From NCBI GenBank assembly GCA_964612105.1, contig CAZTEU010000004.1, forward strand, positions 60,897 through 124,101: a stretch of 63,205 nucleotides of DNA, given 5' to 3'. The translations under genes and the position numbers were made by a program. This DNA comes from an uncultured Gammaproteobacteria bacterium (GTDB lineage: Bacteria > Patescibacteriota > Patescibacteriia > Magasanikbacterales > UBA922). This document shows positions 1 to 9,214 of this stretch, piece by piece (the first letter of the stretch is position 1; each line of letters opens with the position of its first letter). The notes beneath the pieces were generated by a model. The model saw only the letters and a program-made list of their open reading frames with translations. It was not told the origin of the DNA and made no database searches.

Positions 1-2
1 TA

Positions 3-290
3 GATGAGCATGGGAAAAAGTTAGATGAGCACGGGAAAAAACTAGACGATCATGGTGAACAATTGGAAACCATAGCAACCTATGTTCTTGATAATAGGAT
101 TAAGATTGACAACGTGTCGCTGAACGTAGAAAAGATTCTCAAAAGAATACCAGAAAATCTTGCAGAAACCTTAGATGCTATTAGAGGAAAAGAAAAAACA
201 CACGACCAAGAGCTTGTTTTTGTGAATGAACACCTAAAAAGAATAGACAAAGACATCGACAAAATCAAACCACTTGTTGGTCTCGCATAA
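3..290 (+). CDS. 5'-truncated coiled-coil protein with heptad repeats (LDEHGKK)
   Basis: Frame is open from the window edge: DEHGKK-LDEHGKK-LDDHGEQ-LETIA, continuing into ORF 63..290. Confidence 0.7.
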   Translation, partial: DEHGKKLDEHGKKLDDHGEQLETIATYVLDNRIKIDNVSLNVEKILKRIPENLAETLDAIRGKEKTHDQELVFVNEHLKRIDKDIDKIKPLVGLA

Positions 291-342
291 TTATAAACAA
301 AAAGCACTCACAATTTGAGTGTTTTTTTGGTATAATAAACGC

Positions 343-2040
343 ATGGATAATATTTTCTTACAAACAAGTGCGCTGTTGGGTATAACAGTTAGCATTGCAT
401 TTGTCATTCGTTTTTTGCGACAGCCACTTTTGGTGGCATACATCATAGCTGGAGTGGTAGCAGGACCTCTTTTCTTGAATTTGCTTCATGGAGATACAGA
501 GCTGTTTAGGGCATTTTCAGAATTTGGAGTTGTGTTACTTCTTTTTGTTGTTGGGCTGAGTTTAAACTTTGACCATATTAAGAGAATAGGTAAGACCTCT
601 CTTGTTACTGGGCTGGGACAAGTCACCTTTACTGGTATTATAGGTTATCTGATATTGACTAGGCTTGGCTTCGATAGCATCACGTCAATTTACGTTGCAA
701 TTGCGCTTACATTTTCTAGCACTATTATAATAGTTAAATTGCTTGGAGATAAGAAGGACAATCAGTCTGTTTATGGAAGGCATGTGATAGGGCTTATGGT
801 TGTTCAAGACCTTATTGCTGTGTTTGTAATGGTCTTTATTACCTCATTAAAGGGAGATGGCGACATTTGGACAACCTCAAGTATTCTAGTGCTAAAATTA
901 CTTGCTCTCACAGGCTTTGTGTTTCTGCTTGCGAGGTATTTACTGCCTTGGATATTGGATAAGGTGGCCAGCTCATCGGAATTCTTATTTATATTTACAA
1001 TAGCTTGGTGTTTTGGGATAGCAAGCCTGTTGTACGCTATAGGGTTCTCTATAGAAATAGGGGCTATAATTGCCGGGCTTACCTTGGGATCTTCTCCATA
1101 TCAGCCAGAAATTAGTAGTCGTATAAAACCACTCCGCGACTTTTTTATTGTTCTATTTTTTGTAATCTTGGGAAGCGAGATGCAGTTTACAGATGTTTCT
1201 GCCCTGCTTGTGCCAGCGTCTGTTATTTCTTTGTTTATATTATTCGGAGACTCTCTTGTCTTGTTTGTGTTGTTTCGTATCCTAAAATTTACACGCAGGA
1301 ACAGCTTTCTTGCCGCTGTCACTGCATCCCAGGTAAGTGAGTTTGGTTTTATTTTGTTGTTTGTAGCAATCCAGGCAGGGCATATCTCTGGGGCAGTTAT
1401 ACCAATGTTTACCATGGTAGCGTTGGTAACCATTTTTGTTTCTTCATATGCCATCACATATAATGAACAACTATACCAGCTCCTTATTCCAATATTTAAT
1501 TTATTTGGAAAGGACAAGTATCAGCAAATGGAGGATGAGACGGAGCCATACACTGTTTGGGTGTTTGGGTATCATAGGATTGGTTGGAAAGTTGTACAAG
1601 CTTTGTTGGACAAGAAGATTAGGTTTGCAGTAGTAGACTTTGACCCAAAAGCAGTCTCAAGACTAAAACACAGAGGAATAGATGGTTACTTTGGCGATGC
1701 AGCGGATGTTGAGTTCTTATCTACCCTTCCCCTAGAGAAAGCAAAACTAATAGTATCAACTTTGCCAGAATCGGACGATCAGGTGACGTTAATTAAGCAT
1801 GTACGAAGTGCTTCTGACAAACCAAAAATTATGGCTAATCTTTACGAAAATAAATATCTAGAAGATCTATACGAAGCTGGAGCAGACTATGTCATGATGC
1901 CACATTTGCTTGGTGGTAGTTGGGTTGCGAATATATTAACAAATGAACCTTGGACAAAGAGAACTTTCCAGCAATTAAGACAAGATCAGAAAAAGGAAAT
2001 GAAATTACGATCTAATTCCCCTCTCGTAGAACAGTCTTGA
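343..2040 (+). CDS. CPA2 cation:proton antiporter (Kef-type) with C-terminal TrkA-N/KTN domain
   Basis: About 12 hydrophobic segments with FSSTIIIVK and QDL motifs; Rossmann-like VFGYHRIG and GYFGDAAD. ATG at 343 preferred. Confidence 0.9.
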   Translation: MDNIFLQTSALLGITVSIAFVIRFLRQPLLVAYIIAGVVAGPLFLNLLHGDTELFRAFSEFGVVLLLFVVGLSLNFDHIKRIGKTSLVTGLGQVTFTGIIGYLILTRLGFDSITSIYVAIALTFSSTIIIVKLLGDKKDNQSVYGRHVIGLMVVQDLIAVFVMVFITSLKGDGDIWTTSSILVLKLLALTGFVFLLARYLLPWILDKVASSSEFLFIFTIAWCFGIASLLYAIGFSIEIGAIIAGLTLGSSPYQPEISSRIKPLRDFFIVLFFVILGSEMQFTDVSALLVPASVISLFILFGDSLVLFVLFRILKFTRRNSFLAAVTASQVSEFGFILLFVAIQAGHISGAVIPMFTMVALVTIFVSSYAITYNEQLYQLLIPIFNLFGKDKYQQMEDETEPYTVWVFGYHRIGWKVVQALLDKKIRFAVVDFDPKAVSRLKHRGIDGYFGDAADVEFLSTLPLEKAKLIVSTLPESDDQVTLIKHVRSASDKPKIMANLYENKYLEDLYEAGADYVMMPHLLGGSWVANILTNEPWTKRTFQQLRQDQKKEMKLRSNSPLVEQS

Positions 2041-2080
2041 CACAGCATATACAGCCTGCTATAATGATGGCGTTTCATAC

Positions 2081-2153
2081 GGGCCGATAGCTCATCTGGT
2101 AGAGCGCCGCATTTGCACTGCGGAGGTGGCGGGTTCAAGTCCTGTTCGGTCCA
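2081..2153 (+). tRNA. tRNA-Ala(TGC)
   Basis: Acceptor GGGCCGA/TCGGTCC, anticodon loop TTTGCAC, T-loop TTCAAGT. Confidence 0.93.
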
Positions 2154-2161
2154 CAAATTAC

Positions 2162-2185
2162 ATCGTCCATCCGAGGATGGACGAT
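2162..2185. other. Perfect hairpin in the tRNA spacer
   Basis: ATCGTCCATC-CGAG-GATGGACGAT. Confidence 0.6.
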
Positions 2186-2194
2186 TGTTATTAA

Positions 2195-2266
2195 GCCGAG
2201 GTAGCTCAGTGGTAGAGCAGGGGCCTGAAGAGCCTCGTGTCGTGAGTTCGATTCTCACCCTCGGCA
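2195..2266 (+). tRNA. tRNA-Phe(GAA)
   Basis: Acceptor GCCGAGG/CCTCGGC, anticodon loop CTGAAGA, T-loop TTCGATT. Confidence 0.95.
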
Positions 2267-2280
2267 CATAGCCACAAAAC

Positions 2281-2354
2281 CGGAGTGTAGCTCAGTTGGC
2301 TAGAGCACTGCGTTTGGGACGCAGGGGTCGAAGGTTCAAGTCCTTTCACTCCGA
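2281..2354 (+). tRNA. tRNA-Pro(TGG)
   Basis: Acceptor CGGAGTG/CACTCCG, anticodon loop TTTGGGA. Confidence 0.95.
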
Positions 2355-2404
2355 CTAATTAAACTCCATCGTAATATGCATGGAGTTTATTATTTAACAA
2401 AAAT

Positions 2405-3142
2405 ATGGGCAATGAAATAAAACTACTACTAGTGCAGGTTCGCAAAGAACAAGAAATGGCAGACCATGAATTTTCTGTTATAGCGCGTACAGCAGAGCTT
2501 CCAGAAGATAGCTTTGATCGTATTAACGTTGTAAAAGGGGAAAAAATAGAACTAGAAAAGCTAAAAGAATACGATGCAGTAATTATTGGAGGCTCTGGAG
2601 GGTTTTCTGTGCTTGGTGGAGATAGTTTTAACGAACACCTCAAGGATATAACAAGATACTGCAAGGAAAACAACATACCATTTCTCGGGCTTTGTTATGG
2701 TTTCCAGATAGCTGTACAAGCTTTAGGGGGGAAAGTAATCAATGATCTATCAAGCATGGAAACAGGAACATTTGTAGCAAAACGCACAGATAATTCAGAT
2801 AACGATCCTCTAATTGGCACACTACCAAAAGAGTTTCCGGTTGCTTGTGGTAGGCAGGACAGGGCAGAGATTCTACCAGAAGGGGTTGCAAACTATGTAT
2901 CGACAGAAAAGTGTCCTTATCATTACATTACATTCCCTGGAACTAACTTTTTTGCAGCACAGTTCCATCCAGAGCTTTGGAAGAGGGAAGATAATCTGGT
3001 GCGTATAACATTCTACAGAGAAAAATATGGTTTGAGTGAGGAAGAGTATAATAAACAGACCGAATTATTCTCAGATGCTCCAGAAAGTGCAAAAATATTG
3101 AGTAATTTTATGCAGAACGTTGTTATAGCAAACAAAAGATAG
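2405..3142 (+). CDS. Class I glutamine amidotransferase-like protein
   Basis: GLCYGFQ nucleophile elbow and QFHPE His-Glu motif. Confidence 0.85.
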   Translation: MGNEIKLLLVQVRKEQEMADHEFSVIARTAELPEDSFDRINVVKGEKIELEKLKEYDAVIIGGSGGFSVLGGDSFNEHLKDITRYCKENNIPFLGLCYGFQIAVQALGGKVINDLSSMETGTFVAKRTDNSDNDPLIGTLPKEFPVACGRQDRAEILPEGVANYVSTEKCPYHYITFPGTNFFAAQFHPELWKREDNLVRITFYREKYGLSEEEYNKQTELFSDAPESAKILSNFMQNVVIANKR

Positions 3143-3177
3143 GGGTGAAGACAGAGAAGAAGTATAAAAAAAGCATA

Positions 3178-3270
3178 AATAAAAGCACCTCCCAAAAGGA
3201 GGTGCTTTTATTGTATTGCCATACAATGGGAGGAATGATTTACATTTATCCCTCGGGCTTTCACCCGATG
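3178..3270 (-). ncRNA. Candidate small RNA (promoter, two hairpins, terminator, no ORF)
   Basis: Minus-strand TTGACT-16-TATAAT (3303-3276); hairpins TCGGG/CCCGA and ATTGTAT/ATACAAT; terminator AAAAGCACCTCC/GGAGGTGCTTTT. Confidence 0.35.
3181..3209. terminator. Bidirectional intrinsic terminator
   Basis: AAAAGCACCTCC-CAAAA-GGAGGTGCTTTT. Confidence 0.75.
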
Positions 3271-3376
3271 GAAACATTATAGCATAATATCCAAAAAAGT
3301 CAAAAGGGCTACTTGTCCACAAGGGGGAAAGGGCTAAATAAACAAAAAAACACCACAAATGTGATGTTTCTAAGTG

Positions 3377-3448
3377 AGCGGCAGACCGGACTTGAACCGG
3401 CGACCTCTTCCTTGGCAAGGAAGCGTTCTACCACTGAACTACTACCGC
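3377..3448 (-). tRNA. tRNA-Gly(GCC)
   Basis: Reverse complement folds with acceptor GCGGTAG/CTGCCGC and anticodon loop TTGCCAA. Confidence 0.95.
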
Positions 3449-3467
3449 ATAGTCCAATACTACTTTG

Positions 3468-3540
3468 TTGCGGGGGCCGGACTTGAACCGGCGACCTCTG
3501 GGTTATGAGCCCAGCGAGCTGCCAACTGCTCCACCCCGCG
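3468..3540 (-). tRNA. Initiator tRNA-Met(CAT)
   Basis: C1:A72 mismatch, three G-C pairs in anticodon stem, loop CTCATAA. Confidence 0.93.
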
Positions 3541-3593
3541 ATATTGCGTAGAGAGTATATCAGAAGAGGAAAAATAAATCAAGGGTACCTAGG

Positions 3594-4655
3594 CTAGCAA
3601 TCAAAAAGAAGCTCAAAGTCATTTATAACTATTAGGCGAAGAAAATGCTTCATTGCATATCTTAGCTTGGGGCTACTCTGGTTTGCTAGGTATTCATCTA
3701 TATTAAATATAAGCTGGAACAGCAAATAACCCTTTAATGCCGTCTTTATCAATTCATTTTCCTCTTTTATCTTCATACCACTTCTTCCATACTTTTTCCT
3801 ATAATCCTCCAACCCTTTTCTTATCCTATCTTTCCTGTAAATCCCATCTTTTACTCCTCCATAGTAATAACAAGATTGAGCAATTGTAGCTGCAATATCT
3901 ACAGACCTGTGATCAAACCTAATCCAATCAAAATCAAAGATGCCAGACACAGTATCCCCTATATAATGAACATTTCCAGGATGTAAATCAAAATGTACAA
4001 TTTGTTTTGGTAAACTCCCAAACTTCTTTTCTAAAAACTCTGCCTGAGTCTGTTTTATAAACAAGCGAATCTCATCTTCGTGCCTAGTAAACACAGAACC
4101 AAGAGCTGTTTTGCGCAGAGGGCCTATACGTTTATTAAATTCCTTTGTCATTCCATTAACATAGTCCGCTAGCTCTACATTTTTTATTCGTAAATCCGTA
4201 TTAAAGCCCTTGACCTCCTTGGAGAAGAGGGTGCTAGCCTCAAAAAAACTCTTTGCTTTTTTAGTATCAAATCTTTTTAAGTTATCCCAACTTCCAACAG
4301 CTTTTCCTGGTAAATAATCTTGTAGAGTATAGAAAGTATTTCTGTGAGAGACCAAATATTTCTCCTTATCATTTTTTATTATTCGAGCAGTAAGACCAAA
4401 ACCTCTTTTGTGCAGATATTCTAACACCTGCACCTCCAGCAGAATATGATTTTTCTTCGTTCCTCTACGAGATTCTCTCAATATATATTTCTCTTTGCTA
4501 GAACCAATAGTTACACGGTATACATTGTTAACCAAACCTGTAGAGTTTTGCTCTATGGTAATTTCCTTATTATCAAAAAACCCTCCCCAACTCTTTAGCA
4601 CCTTTAATAGCAAACCGTACTTTTCCTTGGAGATCTTTTTATATATCTTGTTCAT
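3594..4655 (-). CDS. Phosphotransferase, APH/homoserine kinase type II family
   Basis: IVHFDLHPGNV (Brenner motif) and IFDFD. Confidence 0.85.
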   Translation of the reverse strand: MNKIYKKISKEKYGLLLKVLKSWGGFFDNKEITIEQNSTGLVNNVYRVTIGSSKEKYILRESRRGTKKNHILLEVQVLEYLHKRGFGLTARIIKNDKEKYLVSHRNTFYTLQDYLPGKAVGSWDNLKRFDTKKAKSFFEASTLFSKEVKGFNTDLRIKNVELADYVNGMTKEFNKRIGPLRKTALGSVFTRHEDEIRLFIKQTQAEFLEKKFGSLPKQIVHFDLHPGNVHYIGDTVSGIFDFDWIRFDHRSVDIAATIAQSCYYYGGVKDGIYRKDRIRKGLEDYRKKYGRSGMKIKEENELIKTALKGYLLFQLIFNIDEYLANQSSPKLRYAMKHFLRLIVINDFELLFDC

Positions 4656-4753
4656 ATATATAGATTATATCAGATTTCTTAACACACAACTTGTATATTG
4701 ACAAAACAGGCACTATAGTGTAGTGTTTTATTAACAAAACAGAGAGGTGAATC

Positions 4754-4999
4754 ATGGCACAATGTCCTTCATGCGGACACCTGTACGGACTGTTCAAGGT
4801 GAGGCGCAGACCGTCTGTCCAGTCCTGTCCCAGTTGTGGGTGGGATCCGACCTCGTCGTCGAGTAGCGACGACGACTACGATCCCAATATGGATCCCTAT
4901 CACGACCCAAGAAGTGGGAGGGGGTCTCGCTACCAGAGCGGTGGCATTCCTGGCGGAGGAAGCACCGGAAGCGGAAGTCGTGGTGGGCGTGGACGTTAG
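4754..4999 (+). CDS. Small GC-rich orphan with two CxxC motifs and a Gly/Arg/Ser-rich tail
   Basis: CPSCG twice; upstream TTGACA-17-TATAGT and GAGGTG SD. Confidence 0.65.
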   Translation: MAQCPSCGHLYGLFKVRRRPSVQSCPSCGWDPTSSSSSDDDYDPNMDPYHDPRSGRGSRYQSGGIPGGGSTGSGSRGGRGR

Positions 5000-5014
5000 T
5001 CTGCACACATTCTA

Positions 5015-5084
5015 AGGGGGAGACGATCGTGAAAACAGTAGGGATCGTCAAACTCAAAACAACACCTGTAAAGGTGTTTTTTTG
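5015..5084 (+). repeat. 70-bp direct repeat, copy 1 (hairpin plus terminator)
   Basis: Identical to 5430-5499; GACGATC/GATCGTC stem, then AACACCT-GTAA-AGGTGTT-T run. Confidence 0.9.
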
Positions 5085-5244
5085 TTTTATGACATTAGAA
5101 AAATAATTAATTCAGTTGATTTTAAACGAGCATCTATTGACAGCCGGCCGTTTTTGCGCTACGCTAACATCACTTAATCCGAGCCTAGAAATATAAACCT
5201 ACGGCTGCGGAAATTAGCGCTATATGCGCAGAGAGGTGAGAGTG

Positions 5245-5409
5245 ATGACATTTTGGAGAAACTGGGAGTGGAGGAGCTGTTCTTCCTGCTTTGGAACGGG
5301 CTGGGTAAGTGTCATGCGACATGACGACGATGTAGATGGTGATGAAGTGAGGTGCACTGTGTGCAACGGCAGAGGAAAGGTCAAGGTCGCCAAGGATGAC
5401 GACGACTGA
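5245..5409 (+). CDS. DnaJ-type CxxCxGxG zinc-finger microprotein
   Basis: CSSCFGTG and CTVCNGRG; GAGGTG SD; upstream TTGACA. Confidence 0.7.
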   Translation: MTFWRNWEWRSCSSCFGTGWVSVMRHDDDVDGDEVRCTVCNGRGKVKVAKDDDD

Positions 5410-5429
5410 GACGTCTTCATAAAATTTAT

Positions 5430-5499
5430 AGGGGGAGACGATCGTGAAAACAGTAGGGATCGTCAAACTCAAAACAACACCTGTAAAGGTGTTTTTTTG
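5430..5499 (+). repeat. 70-bp direct repeat, copy 2
   Basis: Identical to 5015-5084. Confidence 0.9.
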
Positions 5500-5581
5500 A
5501 TCTAGGATTGAGGGGTGCTAGAAGCGAGTATTTATTGACTTCCCTAGCTATTCTCTATAAAATATGTTTTAGGAGGTAAAA

Positions 5582-5797
5582 ATGTCTGGTACCAATAACA
5601 AGCACAGCTCGTCCTGTGAGAAAAGACAAATGCCAGCTCGCTCACTTGCAGAAGCATGTGAAATCGCACTCGATCCCAACAGGTGGAGCGACGAGACGAT
5701 AGAGCAAATGGAGCGTTTCCAACGCTACTGTGGCGTGTGTGAGCGTGTCGGGTGTGATTGCCTGTTCATCTTCAGGGACAGGGGAATGCGCAGATGA
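5582..5797 (+). CDS. Small Cys-containing orphan
   Basis: TTGACT-17-TATAAA promoter, AGGAGG SD, CGVC and CDC motifs; terminator AACACCT/AGGTGTT at 5884-5907. Confidence 0.55.
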   Translation: MSGTNNKHSSSCEKRQMPARSLAEACEIALDPNRWSDETIEQMERFQRYCGVCERVGCDCLFIFRDRGMRR

Positions 5798-5917
5798 GGT
5801 GGCACTCATGGTCTTTGCAGACAAAGGGAGCCCGAACACTCACGATGCACGAGCATACGGAGAAAGTTCGGGGCATCATAAAGAACACCTATAAAGGTGT
5901 TTTTTTGATATAAAGAT

Positions 5918-5945
5918 AAACGGGCTTATTAGAGGGCGTTAGAGC
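5918..5945. repeat. Array core copy A (degenerate, 10 mismatches)
   Basis: AAACGGGCTTATTAGAGGGCGTTAGAGC followed by TTTTTGTAC as after copy B. Confidence 0.6.
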
Positions 5946-5953
5946 TTTTTGTA

Positions 5954-6679
5954 CTACTTATTCTGCTCCCAAAGCATTGTAAACATAGCATCAAAAATAT
6001 CCACCATTGCTGGAACAGCAATAACCACAGCGAGGGAAGAAAGTTCTGGGCTCACTATCAACACCTTGTCTTTAAAAATATCCATCGTACTTTTGAAACC
6101 ATATTTCTTTGGTAAAAATTTCACCTCGCGTAACAGCTCCTTACTTGTAGGACTATCTTTTCTGGATTCCTCTGTAAGAAGAAGTTTTGTCTTTATTTTT
6201 GCCTTTGCTCTGTCTTTTCTGTATTGCACAAAGAATTCTTTATCCAATCCTTGCCAATGCTTTGCTGTTCCAATAATCTTGTACTCTTTTCCTTTATGCT
6301 CTTCTAACACTTCGTCATAAAACTTTTTTAATTCGTCCACTGTTTCAATAAATCTAAGCCCAACCATGTTGAGCTGTTTTTTTTCTAGTGATTCTAGAGA
6401 GGGGATAAGGTCTTCAAAAGAGGACACCTTCTTTTTGTAATGGTCTGCCACTCGTTGGGGCTTGTCTGCGTAAAATAACTGCTTATTCTTTCTGTAATAC
6501 ATCGTCACAAACCCTTTTTTTGACAGAGCCTTAAGAGTTGCGTACACGGTTGTGCGTTTTATACCCACATCTTTGGCTACCGCACTAGCAATAGCTCCGC
6601 CAGAGCGTAGAAGCGAGACATATATGTCTGCTTCTTGGTCAGAGAGCCCAAGATCCTTTAATGCTTGTTTTGAGGCCAT
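5954..6679 (-). CDS. TrmB-like HTH transcriptional regulator
   Basis: LKDLGLSDQEADIYVSLL...IKRTTVYATLKAL winged-HTH N-terminus. Confidence 0.85.
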   Translation of the reverse strand: MASKQALKDLGLSDQEADIYVSLLRSGGAIASAVAKDVGIKRTTVYATLKALSKKGFVTMYYRKNKQLFYADKPQRVADHYKKKVSSFEDLIPSLESLEKKQLNMVGLRFIETVDELKKFYDEVLEEHKGKEYKIIGTAKHWQGLDKEFFVQYRKDRAKAKIKTKLLLTEESRKDSPTSKELLREVKFLPKKYGFKSTMDIFKDKVLIVSPELSSLAVVIAVPAMVDIFDAMFTMLWEQNK

Positions 6680-6723
6680 ATTACTGTTGTCTAAATATTA
6701 AGACACTTTTTTACTATGCTTAT

Positions 6724-6800
6724 ATTATAGCTTATTTTAGCCATATTGTCAAGCCCTTATGTCTAAAACGGTTGACAAAAGCGGGAAAATAGGGTATAAT
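6724..6800. promoter_or_regulatory. Divergent sigma70 promoters
   Basis: Minus: TTGACA (6752-6747)-17-TATAAT (6729-6724); plus: TTGACA (6772-6777)-17-TATAAT (6795-6800). Confidence 0.8.
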
Positions 6801-6847
6801 GCTCTGTTAACAATCAAGAAGGTTGGAACAAAACATCGCTCTTTAAA

Positions 6848-6938
6848 ACATTCCCGCCCCCACCCATCTGCTTGGAGAGAGGCATATGAGTGGAGGCAGG
6901 GAATTATCCTTGGACCAAACGACCCTGGGAGGGGAAAA
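6848..6938 (+). ncRNA. Conserved structured 5' leader, copy 1
   Basis: Aligns without gaps to 9776-9686 with compensatory base-pair changes. Confidence 0.65.
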
Positions 6939-7490
6939 ATGTGTAAGAAAACCATTTCTATCGTTCAGGCAGTGCGTATGTCCGAGCTCGGTGAGGATGA
7001 GGTGATCATCACGCCAGTCATCGTGGGTCGCAAGCGCGTTTCCGCACTCGTGGAGTTCCGCGCAGCACCTGGGCTCGCAACACTGGTGGATTACCGTGAC
7101 GTCTATCACGGTACCAGAGGTATCCTGCTTGTTGCTGGGCGCGCATTTTACAATGTGTGTGGTTGCTGCCCAGCGCGACGCCCGGATGGGTTGCCTCGGG
7201 AGTACAAGGTCTATGAGGTCTTCCTTACGGGACGTCGAGAGAGGGAGGACATTCCCCACCTCGTTAAGCACTACAACGATGCCTATGCGGAGGGGCTTCG
7301 GAAGGCGATCGCACGTTCCGGTGTGAAAACGGTGGCCGTACGCGAGGCGGGCGAGTTCCAGAGCAAGTTCCGAGATCTCGGTGCGGAGATCGTGGAGCAC
7401 AACAAGTTCCGAAAGCATCTCAAGTGGGATCTCCCCGCGCGTGAGGTGGAGTCGATCTTGGATCGGCTCAAATACATCAAGGAGGACTAG
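6939..7490 (+). CDS. GC-rich orphan protein (183 aa)
   Basis: ATG after GGGAGGGG SD; the longer track ORF runs through the promoter and leader. Confidence 0.7.
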   Translation: MCKKTISIVQAVRMSELGEDEVIITPVIVGRKRVSALVEFRAAPGLATLVDYRDVYHGTRGILLVAGRAFYNVCGCCPARRPDGLPREYKVYEVFLTGRREREDIPHLVKHYNDAYAEGLRKAIARSGVKTVAVREAGEFQSKFRDLGAEIVEHNKFRKHLKWDLPAREVESILDRLKYIKED

Positions 7491-7636
7491 TCGCCGACAA
7501 GCGACAACAACAAAGGTTAAATGGCCGAGTACCTATACAAAATCTCGGCCCAATTCAAAAGAACATCTCACAAAGGTGTTCTTTTGTTTTAGGTTATTTG
7601 TTGTATGGTATAATTACTTCGTTATCAAATATTAAT

Positions 7637-9019
7637 ATGAGTTCAATTCTAATATTATTAGGAATAATCTTTTCCATTTTTGTAATTATACGTCCGTTTA
7701 GGGTTGGTAAAATTAAGATAGACATGGCTTCTGGACCCCTGCTTGTCCTGCTTGTTCTGTTGTTAATTAGGGTAATAGACCTAGATACAATATCTTTTGG
7801 AATATTAGGTGATGGACAAATAAAACCATGGGAAATAATGATAATATTCTTTTCTGTGGCATATGTGAGTATTAGTACAGATGTGACAGGTATTTTTGAT
7901 TATCTTGCGTATAAGGTTGTGCAGGCAGCAAAAGGAAGTGGAATAAAATTATTTGTGTTCTTCTACCTGTTTGCTGGAGTGTTAAGTATTTTTACATCCA
8001 ACGATATAGTTATACTTACGCTAACACCAATAATTTTCTACCTAAGTAAACATGCAAAAATTAATATTCTTCCTCTTTTGTTTGCAGAGTTTTTTGCTGC
8101 AAACACAATGAGCATGTTTTTGTATATAGACAATCCAACAAATATAATGGTTGTAAGTTCGTCAGGGATTGGATTTCTTGAATATGTAAAAGTAATGTGG
8201 TTACCAACGGTTGTTGCTGGTGTAAGCACAATCACTCTTCTTTATCTGGTGTTTAGGAACAAAATTACTAGGAAGTACAAAAGAACCAAAGCAACCATGT
8301 TTGAAGTGCGTAATTGGTTTGATGCAGTATTAAGCAGTGGGCTACTCCTTACAATGCTTATATTCCTTTCTGTTTCTCAGCACGTTGGAATGGATATTTG
8401 GAAAATAACTTTGTTTTTTTGTGTAGTGTTTATTGCAGAAGACATTTGTTTTGGTCTGTACTACAGAATGAGAGAACATAGTCTTACAGACACGCAAAAG
8501 AAAAAGAGTTTGGATGTGTTTAATATTCCAAAAGAGAAGAACGAGTTCTTAATTGCACTAAGAAGAATGCCATGGAAAATATTCCCATTTATTTTTACAT
8601 TCTTTGTGCTAGTGCAAGCATTAAATGATGTGGGTGTGATCTCGTCTATTGCTGTTTTTGTTTCTTCGTTTGCTACTTCACTTTGGTCCAGCATACTAGG
8701 CGTTGGCGCACTAAGTATAGTTTTGGCTAATGTTATGAATAATCAGCCAATGACAATTTTACTCCTAAACGTGCTATTAGATGATAGCTTTAGTCCGACA
8801 GGGATTGTTCATCAGGGGGCAGTATATGCTGTAATAGTTGCAAGTAATTTAGGGGCAAACATTACAATTGTTGGAGCTTTAGCTGGGTTAATGTGGAGAA
8901 AAATTCTAAGGACAAAGAATATAGAAATTTCGTATCTAGACTTTCTAAAGGTCGGAGTTCTAATTACTCCAATTGTGTTCTTAATAACAATAGCTACTCT
9001 TTATTTTGTTATTGCTTAA
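7637..9019 (+). CDS. ArsB/NhaD (ion transporter superfamily) permease
   Basis: SIFTSNDIVILTLTP, NPTNI, ANVMNNQP and ASNLGANITIVGALAGLMW motifs. Confidence 0.85.
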   Translation: MSSILILLGIIFSIFVIIRPFRVGKIKIDMASGPLLVLLVLLLIRVIDLDTISFGILGDGQIKPWEIMIIFFSVAYVSISTDVTGIFDYLAYKVVQAAKGSGIKLFVFFYLFAGVLSIFTSNDIVILTLTPIIFYLSKHAKINILPLLFAEFFAANTMSMFLYIDNPTNIMVVSSSGIGFLEYVKVMWLPTVVAGVSTITLLYLVFRNKITRKYKRTKATMFEVRNWFDAVLSSGLLLTMLIFLSVSQHVGMDIWKITLFFCVVFIAEDICFGLYYRMREHSLTDTQKKKSLDVFNIPKEKNEFLIALRRMPWKIFPFIFTFFVLVQALNDVGVISSIAVFVSSFATSLWSSILGVGALSIVLANVMNNQPMTILLLNVLLDDSFSPTGIVHQGAVYAVIVASNLGANITIVGALAGLMWRKILRTKNIEISYLDFLKVGVLITPIVFLITIATLYFVIA

Positions 9020-9031
9020 TCTTACACATAC

Positions 9032-9091
9032 AAAACAACGCCTTATTAGGCGCTGTTTTTGTTTGAGCTGGATACTAGAGGACGTTAGAAC
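9032..9091. repeat. Array junction B: hairpin plus 28-bp core (9064-9091)
   Basis: AAAACAACGCC/GGCGCTGTTTT then TGAGCTGGATACTAGAGGACGTTAGAAC. Confidence 0.9.
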
Positions 9092-9214
9092 TTTTTGTAC
9101 ACAAAAAATCACCTGATAAGGGTGATTCTTTGTTATCTTTTTTGTACAAACAAGAATGTGCCGAGTTTACGTGACGGCTGCACGGGGTGGCGAGTCCAAT
9201 CTTGCCAATTCCTC

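Noticed and set aside
4991-4999. GGACGTTAG matching the right half of the array core
   Set aside because: Only 9 bp with no flanking match; may simply be Gly-Arg-stop codons
6838-6849. boxA-like CGCTCTTTAAAA upstream of the leader
   Set aside because: Single occurrence, absent from the second leader copy; could be chance
6759-6938. N-terminal 60 aa of track ORF 6759..7490
   Set aside because: Runs across the promoter and structured leader; the SD supports a start at 6939
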